35,320 nucleotides of DNA. Source: Jimgerdemannia flammicorona (taxonomy: Eukaryota). This document shows positions 11,001-23,936 of the stretch, one piece after another. Numbering within the stretch: position 1 is the first letter of the stretch; every line of letters begins with the position of its first letter. The notes beneath the pieces were generated by a model. That model ran no database searches. It was not told the DNA's origin and saw only the letters and a program-made list of their open reading frames with translations. The DNA lies in the NCBI GenBank assembly GCA_003990765.1, contig RBNJ01000253.1, positions 1-35,320 of the forward strand, in the 5' to 3' direction. The translations under genes were made by a program, and so were the position numbers.

Positions 11001-14000
11001 AAAGAAAGCAAGTCAGACCTCTGAAATAAAATGGTAAGAATATGGAGATATATCTACTTCTATAGAAGATGAAAGTGAAGCCAATTTTCTATAAGAACTA
11101 AGAAGTGATTTTGATGTCCTCCAAGACTCTGAAAGTGGTCAAGAAGATTCTTTTATTGGAGTTGTTGACACTGAGGATCTAGAGGAAAGCATTGAATGAA
11201 CTATTAGTAAATATACAATACTCGAGTTTGCAAGACCATCTATACAACCACTACTATCTCTGAAAGAAAACAGAATTATATAAGTCTTCCACTTAGGCAT
11301 ATGTGAATACTATAACTATTTCCACTCACTAAGAGATAATTGTAGTAACTATTAAATCCTTGATCTTAAGAAGATTTCAATATTACTAATAGAAGATAAA
11401 GATGAGTTGAAATAAGCCCCAGTACTCATATGAATACAACTACCAACCCCAAAGATATTCAAGAAAACCTATAAGAAAGAACAAAAGATCCTCTCTTACC
11501 AATCTCTGGAAACTCTTACAATCAAAGAAGATAATAACAATATCTACACTAATATCTGAGCTCTTTAGATTACCCTATCCACTTATGATAAATATCAAAA
11601 GAGATACCCTATAAGTAAGGAAGTCAAGCAGCAGAATGAGGAGTTTGTTAAGTAAGGACACTGTAATTATGGAAAGACCTTTACCTGTTATTGGTATAAA
11701 TATCAAAGTATTTATCTCAGTGATGATATCTATAAGAGTCAAGTCAAGAGAAAGGATCCTACTCTGCAAGAACTACAGATTTGCTGGGCCTATCAAAAAT
11801 GCAAACAGATCAACCACAAAGAAGACTGCAAAGCTAAGAGTAAGACCTCTATTTGAGATCTGTTATTAGAATTACTTATAATTATTCACTAATATTACTA
11901 TCCTTTTTAAGACAACTAAGAAGTCAACCTTGCCTTTGCTTTCATGGAAGCCCTGGATCTACTTAGAAGAACAGGATTAAATTATACAAGAAATCCAAAG
12001 ACTGGAGTATATTGACTATTCTTTAAGCCAGAATATATAGAGTTTTTATTTATAATAGCAACTACAGAGGTACTATTTCTCAAAACTCAGCCAGTTATTC
12101 AAGTCAAGTTACTATCACTCTGGATACAACCCACTCTTATACAAATAGAAGAATTGATTAGATATGATCTCTGTCTTCTCTACTAGGCAATGCTGTGTCC
12201 CAGAACTACAAAGACCTTTGATCTTCAAATTGCACTCACTATATCATCTAGACACTATGGTTAACTAGCATCAAGATCATTCTGGCAGTCAAAGAAGTTA
12301 CTGTAGAAGGAGAAGTTATTGACTAAGATTATCAAGACCCACTGAAGGTTATCATCTACAATAGTAGCAAAAATCACTGAGTCTTAAATCTCTTAGAAGC
12401 CATCTGTCAGATCCTGTTTATTAAGATATCACAACTAACTATCTAAGTAGTATACTAACTCAGCAGTACCAAGAGAGGACAAGGAGGCTTTGAAAGTACC
12501 AATAGAACCCAACTACCTATTGAAGTCCACCTAGCAACAGTGGCTCAGTTCTATCAAATAAAACCATACTTCTGCTGTCTTATTTGAATAAGAGAAGATG
12601 TTATCCTCCAGTCTTATCAACAAAGAAGCCTAGACATATATCTACTAGAAGATACCAATAATCTGATATTTGAGCCTTCAATCAAACTTTAAGAAAAATA
12701 TCACCTCCTCTAAGCCAAAGAATAAATTCATTATCAGATGTCACCAATTTATATCTCTATTAGAAATTTGGGCTTTGAAGTAGTAAAAATTTCCAAAGAA
12801 ACAACACTGGGATACTTTGAACTACTGATAGATACTTATGAGAAAGAAGTCTTTGAATTTTTGGGAAATAGCAAGCCCTTTCTGGTGAGACTGACAGTAT
12901 TAGGAAAGAAGACTCAGTAATCAAAGCCATCAATATTGAGATAACTCTAACAGAGGATCAGCAACAACAGATACAAAAGTTGATAGAAGAATATAAAGAT
13001 ATATTTACCACAATATATAATAACTTCTCATCATATCAATATGAAAAGCATACTATATATACAGGAGATGAAAAACTAGTCTGATAGTGCCCATACTGAA
13101 CACCATACCACCTGATTGAGTTTGAACAATAACATATAGAAGAAATAATATGAAATAGAGTTATCAAGCCCTCATTAAGTTCTTGGACTTTACTAGCAAT
13201 TATAGTACTAAAGAAAGGAGGATGAATACTAGTTGTAGACTTCAAGAAACTTAATAAGATCACTATAGAAGATGTCTACCCACTACCAAGAATTGATGAC
13301 CTCCTCAATACTTTTAGAAAAGCCAAGTATATAACTACAGATCAATTTCAAGAATTCCAAGTAATATCTATTGCTAAGAATAATATCTGCAAGATAGCTT
13401 TTATTATCAGACCAGAATAGTATAAATACCTTCATATACCATTTGGACTTTACAATATATCAGCCTCATTCCAATAAATAATAAACTATATCTACCAAGA
13501 CCTCATTGGAAGAAATGTACTAGTATATATAGATGATGTAATCATCTACTCTGAAATGTTCAAATAACATCTACAAGATCTCTGTGAGATGTTTGACACT
13601 ATTTAAAGATCAGAACTTATACTTAATACTAAGAAATACTTCTTTGGAAAACACCAAGTTGAATATCTGAGATATGTTATCTCAGCCCAAGGAATCCATG
13701 CTGACTCTTGTAAGGTAGAGAAAGTCAAGAACTACCCAACCCCAATCTCAGCAAAGGAGACCCTATCCTTCCTCATATTAGCATCTTACTATCAGCAATT
13801 TATCTCAAGATTTTCTAATAAAGTACTACTACTATGAGATATTACCAAGAAGGACTAACTATTTCACTAGAAGGAAGACCAATAGAAGTTATTTGATCTA
13901 CTTAAGAAGGCTCTTACTGAAGCATCTGTTCTGGCTTGACCAAACTTCAACAAGTCATTTATTCTGATAACCAATGCCTCAGCTCTAGGACTTAGACCAA

Positions 14001-14383
14001 TTTTGTCCCAGCATGATAACTAAAAGAGAGAGCATATTATCAAATATGCTAGTAATACTATAAATGAATTGCAAGCAAACTATAGAGCCACTAAGTTGGA
14101 ATACCTAGCAGTAGTATAAGCAGTAGACCATTTTTAACACTATCTCCTGAGAAAGAAATTTACTCTCATTACAGACCATCAAGCCCTACAATGATTGTTC
14201 AACATGCTAGAACCTTCAGGAATCTTTACTAGATAGATCATATCCTTACAAGAATACCAGTTCACTATCATCTATAAGAAAGATACTAAAAACAATATTA
14301 GTACTCTGTCAAGAATCTCACAGAATTAATAAGAAAGAAAAGAACCTTCACAAGAGAAGGCTGCTTTCCACTCTCCTAAATGA
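8100..14383 (+). pseudogene. Element A gag-PR-dUTPase-RT-RNaseH (start approximate)
   Basis: Knuckle remnant KYCNYGNQGYIQRFY ~9901-9945; protease ILINTRVAVCII ~10663-10698; dUTPase ~12100-12500 (VEGEVID*DYQD, TKRGQGGFEST); RT VYIDDV 13523-13540; RNaseH LITNASALG ~13964-13990. Confidence 0.85.
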
Positions 14384-15602
14384 ACTAAGAATTATGCCTT
14401 GCTCTCATCTAGAGTCTGAACTATAGGAGCTTCAAGAAAGGAATTCAGCTAGCTCATAAGCTATTTATCTAAAAAAACTTCAAAAAATTTCAGAAAGATG
14501 ATAGTGAACTTTAGAGAGTAGAAGGAGATCAATATACCCATATCCTAAGAGAAGAAGAAATACCTAAAATCCTGACAAAAAACTATAACTAGAATATACA
14601 TCAAGAAATTGGTACCACTATTGTATAAATCAAGAAATGATACTAATGGCCTAAATGAGAAAATAAATTTTAACACATATTCAACAATGTGATATCTGCC
14701 AAAGATACTAACAAAAGCCAAGTGATAAAGTATCTCTAATACTGATTACAGTACTAGCTAGAGTCTTTCAAAGACTGGGAATAGACATTATTGAGCTCCT
14801 CCCAATAACTAGCTAAGGAAAATGCTATATTCTTACCATCAAAGATCATCTGACAAAATGATCTGAAGTTTTTACCATTAAGACTGCTGATGCCTAGACA
14901 ATTATTGGAATTCTGTATAATGAAATTTTCAGCTATCATGGTGTTTCCAAAGAAATCATTGTAGATCAAGACTAGAAATTTATCAACAAAGTCATAAAAA
15001 CCTTCATAACAACTTTAAGATCAAGCTATAGCCAATAACAGCTTACCACTCTCAGGTAAATGGACTCACTGAGTAAATAAACCAGACCATCAAGCAAGGT
15101 CTCAGTAAAACCCAAGATCAACTTAACTGGGATATCTATCTTCTAGCAATCTTGTTCAGTATTCAAACTTCAAAAATAACTGCTACTTGATAAATCTCTT
15201 TCTATCTAGTATATGACCAAGAAGTACAGAACCCTACTGAACCAATCCAGCTAAATTTGACAAAATGAGTTACTGAAGAGATCATCTAGTTATACAAAGT
15301 ACACTAGCAGGTATGAGGATTTATTACCAAAATACAAGAATGGTAAAAGAAATACTATAACTGTAAAGCCAACCTCAAACCCCTGTTTATTAGACAACAA
15401 CTCTTAGTATACCATACTATTATGTATAGAAGGAAACTAGAGTGCCAAACTTGAACCAAAATAGAAAGGACCTTATCTCATATACCAAGTATTCATAAAT
15501 TACATCTACTAGCTCAAGACCATGAATGGACTCTTACTTAAGACCAAGATATACTGTAACCACATATGACTCTACTACTTAAGAGAAGTAAAATATATTT
15601 AA
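14380..15602 (+). pseudogene. Element A integrase, separate ORF
   Basis: Starts ATG AAC (MN*ELCLALI). CDIC at 14688, GIDII, VDQD, QVNGLTE, KGPY ~15466. At least one internal frameshift (~14655). Confidence 0.8.
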
Positions 15603-16169
15603 ATAACTCCATTCACTTTATCTATATCACCTCTATTAGAGAATGATGGATACTTTATCTGGAACTCAAAAAGTCAACATTATTAGAACTATTCTCAAGC
15701 TCATCTATATGATAGATGTTGTTACTAGAAATTGTCTTGAATTATAGAAAATATTATTTCTGAGAGATTTGAACTCCCAGTCATAATAATGGGAGCCCTC
15801 ACCCTAGACAAAGATGGCCAGTTATCACAAATATACTAATATTCTACTTGTCTCTAGAGTTAAGATCACTCAATCCTGTATAACTATCACTGCTGAGGAT
15901 GGCTCTAATTTTACAAAGAGCAGATGTGACATATATAACTAAAAATACTGAAATAAGGAACAATAATAACTGATCTCATAATTATCTTAATCAGATATTA
16001 ACCCCAACCTTATGATATAATAATCAGATAATACTGTCTGATGACCCACCCAACCCATTAGGTGATCTGACCAAAAGAAGTAATAATAATCTGAGCTAAA
16101 ATGAAGACCACATTATTTAAAGAACCTAGACCCAGTGTATCAAGAAGAATTAGAATAAATAAGAACACA

Positions 16170-17080
16170 ATGCCTTCTTTTCACTACTCTAATCAGACCT
16201 TCTGCTACAGCACTTCTTTACCAAGTCTAAAGAGTCTTATCCTTAAAGCCATCAAAATAGCTATCTGGTACCCTGATACTACTGAACATCTGAACTTCTA
16301 TACTGAAGACCTTAGATATTTTATCAACTACTACTATATAATAATCTAGTAGCTTAATAACACTACTGACCAAATAACTCTCTGATATGACTATGAAATT
16401 AGATACCACCTCTATAATAAAACTCAAGAAGATGACTGGAAAGACCTTATTGCTGAACTATTAACCACCAACCAGCTGATCAAGAGAGCTCTTCATGTCT
16501 ACCAAATCTTCTGCCATATACTCTAGACTATAGCTCACTTATAAGGAGTTATTACTAGGAACATAGTCTGCCTTACTACTGAAGAAGTCAATTAGGGGGA
16601 AGCTGAAGTTGCCAATTACCTCAGGAGCAACCATATAACTATAGGAAGTCAACAAATTAAACTCACTCTGTCAGGCTTCCATACTACTCCTCTCTGAGAC
16701 AACTATCAAGATGATCTAATGAGTCTCATGGAAATCTTCAAAGGACCACCTATTACAGTCAAAGTACCTGCAGAAGTTACTATGACCACTCATTACCCCA
16801 TTAGTTATATATCACATTACATTATATGAGAATTAAACCAAGAAGTCCTAGAAGCTCCTATTTAAGAAGAAGAAGAATATCAAGACTCTACCATCAAAAC
16901 TGCTATAGTATCTCAAGATGTCCAAACTGATGAATTCTTACAAGAAGAATAATAAAGGATCTACCAGTCTTCAGTCTGCCTTCAAGCTGTGCAAGAGTTG
17001 GAAAATGTCATTGAAGATGATTGGCCACTATTATATCCCCTCACCTCTTGGTCAATATTTCTTCTCTTTGAAGAGTGGTA
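16170..17080 (+). pseudogene. Element A ORF3 (unknown function)
   Basis: One frame from ATG 16170 containing YEIRYHL...KRALHVYQIFCHIL*TIAHL*GVIT, alignable with ORF3 of C and B; acidic C-terminal half. Confidence 0.65.
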
Positions 17081-18097
17081 TAATCTAGTAAGATGATTTA
17101 TATACTTACTACTAATAATGAGTACTATATCTTTTAAGGTAGAGATCAATATTTCTTACCAGCAGTACCAAATAAAGGTATTTCAGCCTTACCTGATTTA
17201 GTTAGTATCACCCTTTATATAAGTATATTATAGTTTAGCCTAAATATAGAATAACCCCCCTATTACCTAAATATTCTTTACCAGCAGTACAGAACAAAAG
17301 TGTTCTGACCTTACTCCATTAGTATAGTTTTTATTACTGATATACTGCCACTGATAAATCAATAGTATATTCAGACCTTACCACTAGGGTATAGCAGAAA
17401 CATATATAAATACTCCTAAAGATAAGAGTAAATAAACCTCCAGTTTGAGTTTGAAGTAAAAAGGATTATAGAGAAATACACTGCCTTTAAGAAATAGGAA
17501 TAATTCTAAGAAATAAGATAACTAGAGCAATAATCACTCAAGGTTTGAGTTTGATAAATTTCTCTTACCACAGACTACTACTAAGAAAACCACTATGAAA
17601 CTTATCAGATATGGAAATACTACTATTAGAATTAAATATAAAACCTCTGGAAAATATCAAAACATTATCAGAAAACTTAGCCAAGGATACCAGAATAATT
17701 ACCAATCTGTCAGGAAGTTCAGAAAACCTGCAAAAATGATTACTAGCCAGAAACTCAAGAACAACTTAATTAATACCACTTCAGAAATCATCACAAAGCT
17801 CAAAAAATAAGATAATCCACTAAACAATTACTGGAAACTCCAGAACAATATAAGAATCACCAATCTGCCAGGAGATAACAGAGTGTAGCCAAGAAGTACA
17901 GAGAATTTTTGACTTATATTCTTCAACCTTTTCCCTATTCTGAATGACTGGTCACATGACCAATAGCTCATGATATATAAACTTCAGCAATACATGAATT
18001 CTAACCTGATGTGAATAAGAAATGCAAACAAATTGAACAGTAGTTAAACTGAATATTGAGTCAAAACATTATCAGATAAAAGATAAATAGTGTATAT
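17079..18097 (+). repeat. 3' LTR of element A, cut ~63 bp before its end by element B
   Basis: Aligns to 6947-7974; homology stops exactly where TGTGAC of B begins (18098). Confidence 0.85.
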
Positions 18098-18655
18098 TGT
18101 GACAAACTACAAAACATAGCAATCTCAAAACCTAACCAGGTAACATGAACATTAGCATAGCAACCAGTAACTATTACTATAGAAAATGTATAAATAACCA
18201 GATAACCAAAGAAGGGAATAATGTGAACAGTGGCTGTCCTCTAGACAGTAGCTGTCTGCCAGACAGTGACTGTTCACCCAAACACACCATAAATAGCAAA
18301 CCTATAGTTAGTCAGATAAGTAACCAGATAGCAACCACAATGTATAAAATACCCCAGAGACAAGAGTGAATAAACCTCAGTCTGAAATTCAGAATATATT
18401 TCAATTCCAGTTCACTTTCCAATATAAAGAAGAGTCTGAAATACAAATATCAAAGAAGCCTCTAAAGATTGAGCATTGGTCTCCTTTCCACTCTGGTCCA
18501 CTTTCTGATACAAAGCTTGAAGATTTTACCATCAAGTTTGAGTGAAGAACTTTGCCACCTTTGGAATTATTGGTATGCCTGCCAGACTAAGCCTAAAGAA
18601 TTCGAGTTTGCCACCAAGTTCAAGAAAGAACTTCACTACCATTTCTAAGTTATCT
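18098..18655 (+). repeat. 5' LTR of element B (minimum extent; may end at TTCACA 18718)
   Basis: Colinear with 34750-35307 at a constant offset of 16652; contains 3 x 18-bp acagt(g/a)(g/a)ctgt units at ~18227-18275. Confidence 0.85.
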
Positions 18656-19404
18656 GCCACATTCCCAGAATAGCTCACCTTTCTTGCCACAAGCCTGTCT
18701 TTCTGACACAACTTCACAGTAGAGCCAGTCTAATGACATAACTCTGCACAAATGAAGCCAGTCTTTGACACAACTTGCCAAGAATCTGAGTTAATTTCCA
18801 GTTAAAAACATTATTTCCAAGTCATCTGCCATTCCCAGTAAAGCCCATCACCTGAGTTATTATTTCCAGAGAGCCTACTACATTCTTATCTGAGTTATCT
18901 GAATTATCTGCCTCACCCGATTTATCTGAATTGCCCACCAAATCAAGTTATCCACCAGATCACTATATTCTCAGTTGACCTGCATAAGGACTCACACTAT
19001 ACAAGAGATCATCATATTAGAAATTGTATACTTTTAGAGATTGTCTTACTACACAAAATTATAGTATTCCCAGTTGATCCAAATAAGGAACCCACTCATG
19101 CTACATACAAATTAACTGCTATCCAAGAAGGAAACCACTCACACAAACTGCTGCTACATCCAAGAACCTGTCCCAAAAAGGAAACTGCTCACACAGTATC
19201 CAGATCTTGACTATTATACCACTAAACACCAAGAATATTTTGTTGCTTTTAACAAAGTAACTGAGGGGTCAAGCCAAACTATATCAACCCTCAAGCTTAT
19301 AATTTGCCTCCATTGAGCCAGGTATGTTAAATTTGGGGACTCAACTAGAAAGATTTCAAAATTGACATAACTCTTCAGCTCACAAGAACCTACAGTCAAA
19401 CTGG

Positions 19405-19871
19405 TGTGACAGTATAGCCAGATTCAGAAGAAGGAAATAGGGAACAGATATTTGATCACACCCAGTCCCAAAGTAGTATAGCCACATAGTTAGCAGTCCT
19501 CAATTTTGCCACTTGCTAAATATTTTGCAAAGTGTGAGATCGAGCTTCTCGATATAGTATAGCATTTTGCAACTGGCAAAATATTTCACAAAGTGTTAAA
19601 TGACTCATAACCTAGCCATATAACTTAGTAACCATCTCATAGCTAGCAAACTTGTATAAATAACCCAGTATCTTTGAGTGAATAAAACCTCAGATCGAAA
19701 TAGTTCAAAGCAAAGAGATAGTAATGGAACTAGTAAGCCTGTGGGCAGATACACTTCAAACTCACCCACCCTCCCCTGCAACTCAAAGGACTCCGAGGAG
19801 TCAGAGAAGATCAAGTTTTCAAGATACAGAAATCCAATATACTTTCAAGAGTAAGTGTCTGCTACATTACA
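19405..19871 (+). repeat. 5' LTR of element C
   Basis: TGTGAC...TTACA; ~95% identical to 25619-26085 with no indels; contains TATAAATA and AATAAA. Confidence 0.95.
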
Positions 19872-19874
19872 ACT

Positions 19875-19891
19875 TGGTGCCCATTGGCTGG
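19875..19891 (+). promoter_or_regulatory. Probable primer-binding site of element C (tRNA unassigned)
   Basis: TGGTGCCCATTGGCTGG, 3 nt after the 5' LTR, the same spacing as in A. Confidence 0.55.
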
Positions 19892-19985
19892 TGATTCAAG
19901 ATAAATCCCTCACTTTCAAGCTGAATAATGAACAATCACCCCTACCCGAACAACCATACAAACTGAGCCCCAATACCCAGACAAG

Positions 19986-22900
19986 ATGGATATGAGACCA
20001 CCAGTATTCCATGGATATACCTCAGATGAATCAATCATCACATTCATTGATGATTTCAAGCAGTATGCTGCTGTAAGGACCCTGACAGCAGTACAGCAAG
20101 TAGCTCTCATACCCTTCAGCCTATGAGATCCTGCCAGAGCAGCATTCACAGCTGCAACCCATGCAGGAAATGATACTGATGCTATACTGACAGTACAGAA
20201 GACCTGGCTCCAAAATACATATTATACAGATGAGATCAAGCAAGCCCTGAAGGATCAGCTCAATACAATATGTCAAGGAATGAGTGAGAATCCAAACACA
20301 TTCTATACCAGAATTCGATATCAGATAATCCTTGCAGATTATGCTGCTGCTATGTATCTGAGATCAAGTAGCCAAAGCAACCTTTATGAAAGGAGTCCAT
20401 CCAGAAATAGCCATGGCTATCCACTCATCACCAGTGATTCTGGATCTGCCACAGAAGGTCACCTATGCTCAGTGATACTAGATAGCCAGACATCCACAAG
20501 ACTATACAATGGAAAGGGTCACAGAAGTCAAAATTGAAGCACCCAAGACAACTAGTGTGATCCCTATCACAATGATCAATTGAAACACACCTCAGCAAAA
20601 AGCTACAGAGCAGCAACAGAACAGTGACCCTATGGAGGAACTCACCAAAAGGTTTGCCAAAATGACTGCCCACCTGGGAGATGTGGTAAAGGAAATTTGA
20701 GGAAGAGACCACCGCCCTGTTCAGAAGTTTGCTACCACCTCAGACAAGAAGAAAGGTACCTACTACAGCTATGGAGAAGAAGGCCACTACTCATATGAAT
20801 GTATGAGTGAAACTAAGTGCAAAGCCCAACCAAGCAATGCTACATGAAATGAGGAGCAGGCCAATACAATTACCTTTGAGAAAATTGGAGATTCTGATGA
20901 AGAAGAATGAAAGGCCTATCCTGCTCAGACTACCAAGAAGGATGTTCACAAGGAACCCTACAAGAGACCACCAAGGAGACCCAAGAAGAACTCAGTAGAA
21001 AAGCAGATGGAAATGGCCACCAAAAGCCAAGCTGAAGAGATGGACCAAGATATGGAGCTGGAACAAGCAGTTCAAGATATTATCTGAGGAACTACTCCAG
21101 CCAGTGAAGGAGAAAAAGAAAAGAAACTTCGTAAGACCAAGACTTTCAAGTATGATATCTTCAAGGACCTTAGCCAACAAAAGGTCAATGCAACCTTTGG
21201 TCAGCTCGCAGAAATCCTAACATTCAGACAACAAATGAGGTTCAGACTTGCCAAAACAACCAAGGAGCAAGAATGGAAGATAACTGAGGCCAATAACATT
21301 CAAGAGGACTCAGGAGAAGAAAGTGAAGACAATTGCAAAACCTCTGCCTATGCTACCTGCCAGATCGAGGACTGAGTCTTTGAAGCCATCATCAATATAG
21401 GAGTAGGAGGATATCTCATCACTAAGAAAGCAGTAGACCACCTAGGCTGGGAGATAGAAGAAGCTACCAAATTGATGTTCATCACAGCCAATAGCACAAG
21501 AGCCACACCTCTGGGAAAGATCCAGGATGTATCCATCAAGTTTGGAGAAGCCACCATTCCAGTAGATGTCATCATCACCAATGCAACCAACTATGATATC
21601 CTCATTGGCAACCAATGGCTTCACAAAGCCAAGGCAATGATCAATCTCAGTATACAGAAGATGCAAATCGTCTACCAGGGAAAGAAGATCAGAATTCCCA
21701 TCAATGTCAACAAAGGAGTCTGCCCAGAAATGGAGAAAGAGCAAGAAGAAGAAGCCTACATGGTTACCATGAAGAAAGGAAAAGATAAGCAGTGGACAGA
21801 GGAAGAATGGTACAAAAGGATTGTAGATGGATACACCCCACTAGGAAGGTGCCCCCATGGTGAAAGAATGTACTGTGCCCAGCACTTGGATTGCTGCTAC
21901 TCCTGCATCATTGAAGTGAAAAGATCTCCAACAAGCCAAAGAAGAACCAGGAGGAACCAGAAGATGGACCACCAGAGCTATTGAATAACAGTGATGATGA
22001 AGAAGACATCACAGTCAAGATATGAAGAATTCACCCTGATGCAGTCTTACCACAGTACAAATTAGAGAATGTAGCAGGAATGGACCTATCTACCACAACA
22101 TACACAATCCTCAAACTGCAAACCACTACTATGCTGGGAACAGGAATCAAAGTAACCATCCCACCAAATCATGTTAGAATCTTCAAGACAAGGAGCAGCT
22201 TGGCAAAAGCGAAATATCCATAGAAGGAGGAGTCATTGATTCAGACTATACAGGAGAAATCCTCCTCCTTACCAGGAATCATAATCCAACAATTCCATTT
22301 GAAGTATAGAAGAAGGATCAGCTGGCACAAATGCTCATCCTATCTGTCCTTAACCCAAGAATCAAGGAAGTCACAAACATCAGACAAACTCAGCAAGGAA
22401 GAGCTGGATTCAGCTCTACAGGAAGAGGAGTTCTCGCAGCAACCAAGATTACAGAATTGGAGTACAAGAAGGAGGAAAGCCAAGACAAATACACTTATGT
22501 AATCAGAAAGAACTTTCCCCTCAGGAAGGAGTTGCAGAACCTCTTACATACATTTGAAGATGTACTGGTTACAGATTTCAAGGACATCAAGACCAAGAAA
22601 CCCTTGTACTATCATGATGTCAATACTGGAGATGCGAAACCAATCTATCAAAAAGCCCACCCCATTCCACTAGCATACAGGGAATGGCTCAAGACTGAAA
22701 TCAAGGAAATGGAGGAATCTGGTATCATCAAGAAAGCCAGCAGCCCTTGGTCTTCATCTATTGTCCTTGTACCAAAGAAAGGAAGCTGACCAGAAGAATT
22801 TGCACCAAGACTCTGCACAGACTATAGAAGACTCAATAAGGTCACAGAGAAGGATAGACAATCATTGCCCAACATTGATGACATTCTTATTATGCTGGAG

Positions 22901-23929
22901 AATGAATCACAATTTTACACCACTCTGGATCTGTTCTCAGAATTCTACCAAATTGGCCTTACACCTGAAGCCAGCAAAAGATCAGCCTTCATTACTCCTG
23001 ATGGAACCTATGTCTATCTCTGCATATCCTTTGGAATGTGCAATGCATCAGCAAGCTTCCAGCAAATGATAAATAGCATCTTCAGGGATGTTATGGAAAA
23101 ATGGATGATGATATATATGGATGATGTAATCAACTTCAGCTGAACAGCTAAGGAGCACTTGGAATATATCAAGGAAATCCTCAGAAGGCTTCACAAAAAT
23201 GGCCTCTACATCAAGCCTAAGAAATATAAATTTAGAGAAGAAGAAATCACATACCTCGGATACATCATAAACTGCAAAGGAACACATACAGATCCCACAA
23301 AGATCAAGGCAGTAGCAGCATACCTGGTACCTACCAGTGTCACTGAAGTCCGAGCCTTCATAGGACTAGCATCCTATTATAGGAGATTTATTTGAAGATT
23401 CTCCCACATTGCCAGCCCTATCTACAATCTGTTCAGAAAAGAGATCAAGTTCCAGTGGACACAACAACAGCAACTAGCCTTTGATGAACTCAAGATCAGG
23501 CTGACCCAGGCCCCAATCTTGAGAAGACCTGACTGGATGTGAGAATTTATTCTACAGACAGATATCAGTACAATGGGACTTAGAGCTATCCTTGTATAGA
23601 AGAAGAATGGCACCGAGTATGTAGTAGCCTATCTCAGCTGAGGTACTCGCAGAGTGGAGCAGTCCTATGAGTCATACAAGCTAGAATGTCATGCAGTCAT
23701 CTGGGCTGTAGAGAAGTTCCACTATTACCTGGTAAGAAGATACTTCACCATCTAGACAGACCACTCAGCACTCATCTGGTTGCTCACTACCAGTGAACCC
23801 AAAGGAATCTACACCTGATGGATCATGAAGCTGCAAGTATATGATGCCACAATCACTCACTGCCCTGGAAGAACCAATGTCAATACTGACACTCTCTCAT
23901 AGACACCCCAAAGGACCCCACCCCAATAA
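19986..23929 (+). pseudogene. Element C gag-PR-dUTPase-RT-RNaseH
   Basis: MRPPVFHG gag start; knuckle remnant TYYSYGEEGHYSYEC 20758-20802; protease AIINIGVGG ~21385 and ILIGNQWL; dUTPase ~22014-22423 (EGGVIDSDYTGEI, GRAGFSSTG); RT IYMDDV ~23111; RNaseH QTDIS and TDHSAL. Confidence 0.9.
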
Positions 23930-23936
23930 AATCATC

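Larger units (their letters stand above)
6947..18097 (+). mobile_element. Element A: degenerate Ty3/Gypsy LTR retrotransposon with dUTPase (~11.2 kb), 3' LTR interrupted by element B
   Basis: Paired ~1.1-kb LTRs, PBS, domain order gag-PR-dUTPase-RT-RH-IN, many TAA/TAG/TGA stops. Confidence 0.9.

Noticed and set aside
18520..18960. Short repeats (TTTGCCACCAAGTT, TTATCTGA) as a CRISPR-like array
   Set aside because: Irregular, degenerate and inside an LTR/leader in a eukaryotic context; no repeat-spacer periodicity.
18656..19200. Exact 3' end and PBS of B's 5' LTR
   Set aside because: The 3' LTR is truncated and no convincing TGG-initiated PBS was found; TTCACA at 18718 is only a guess.
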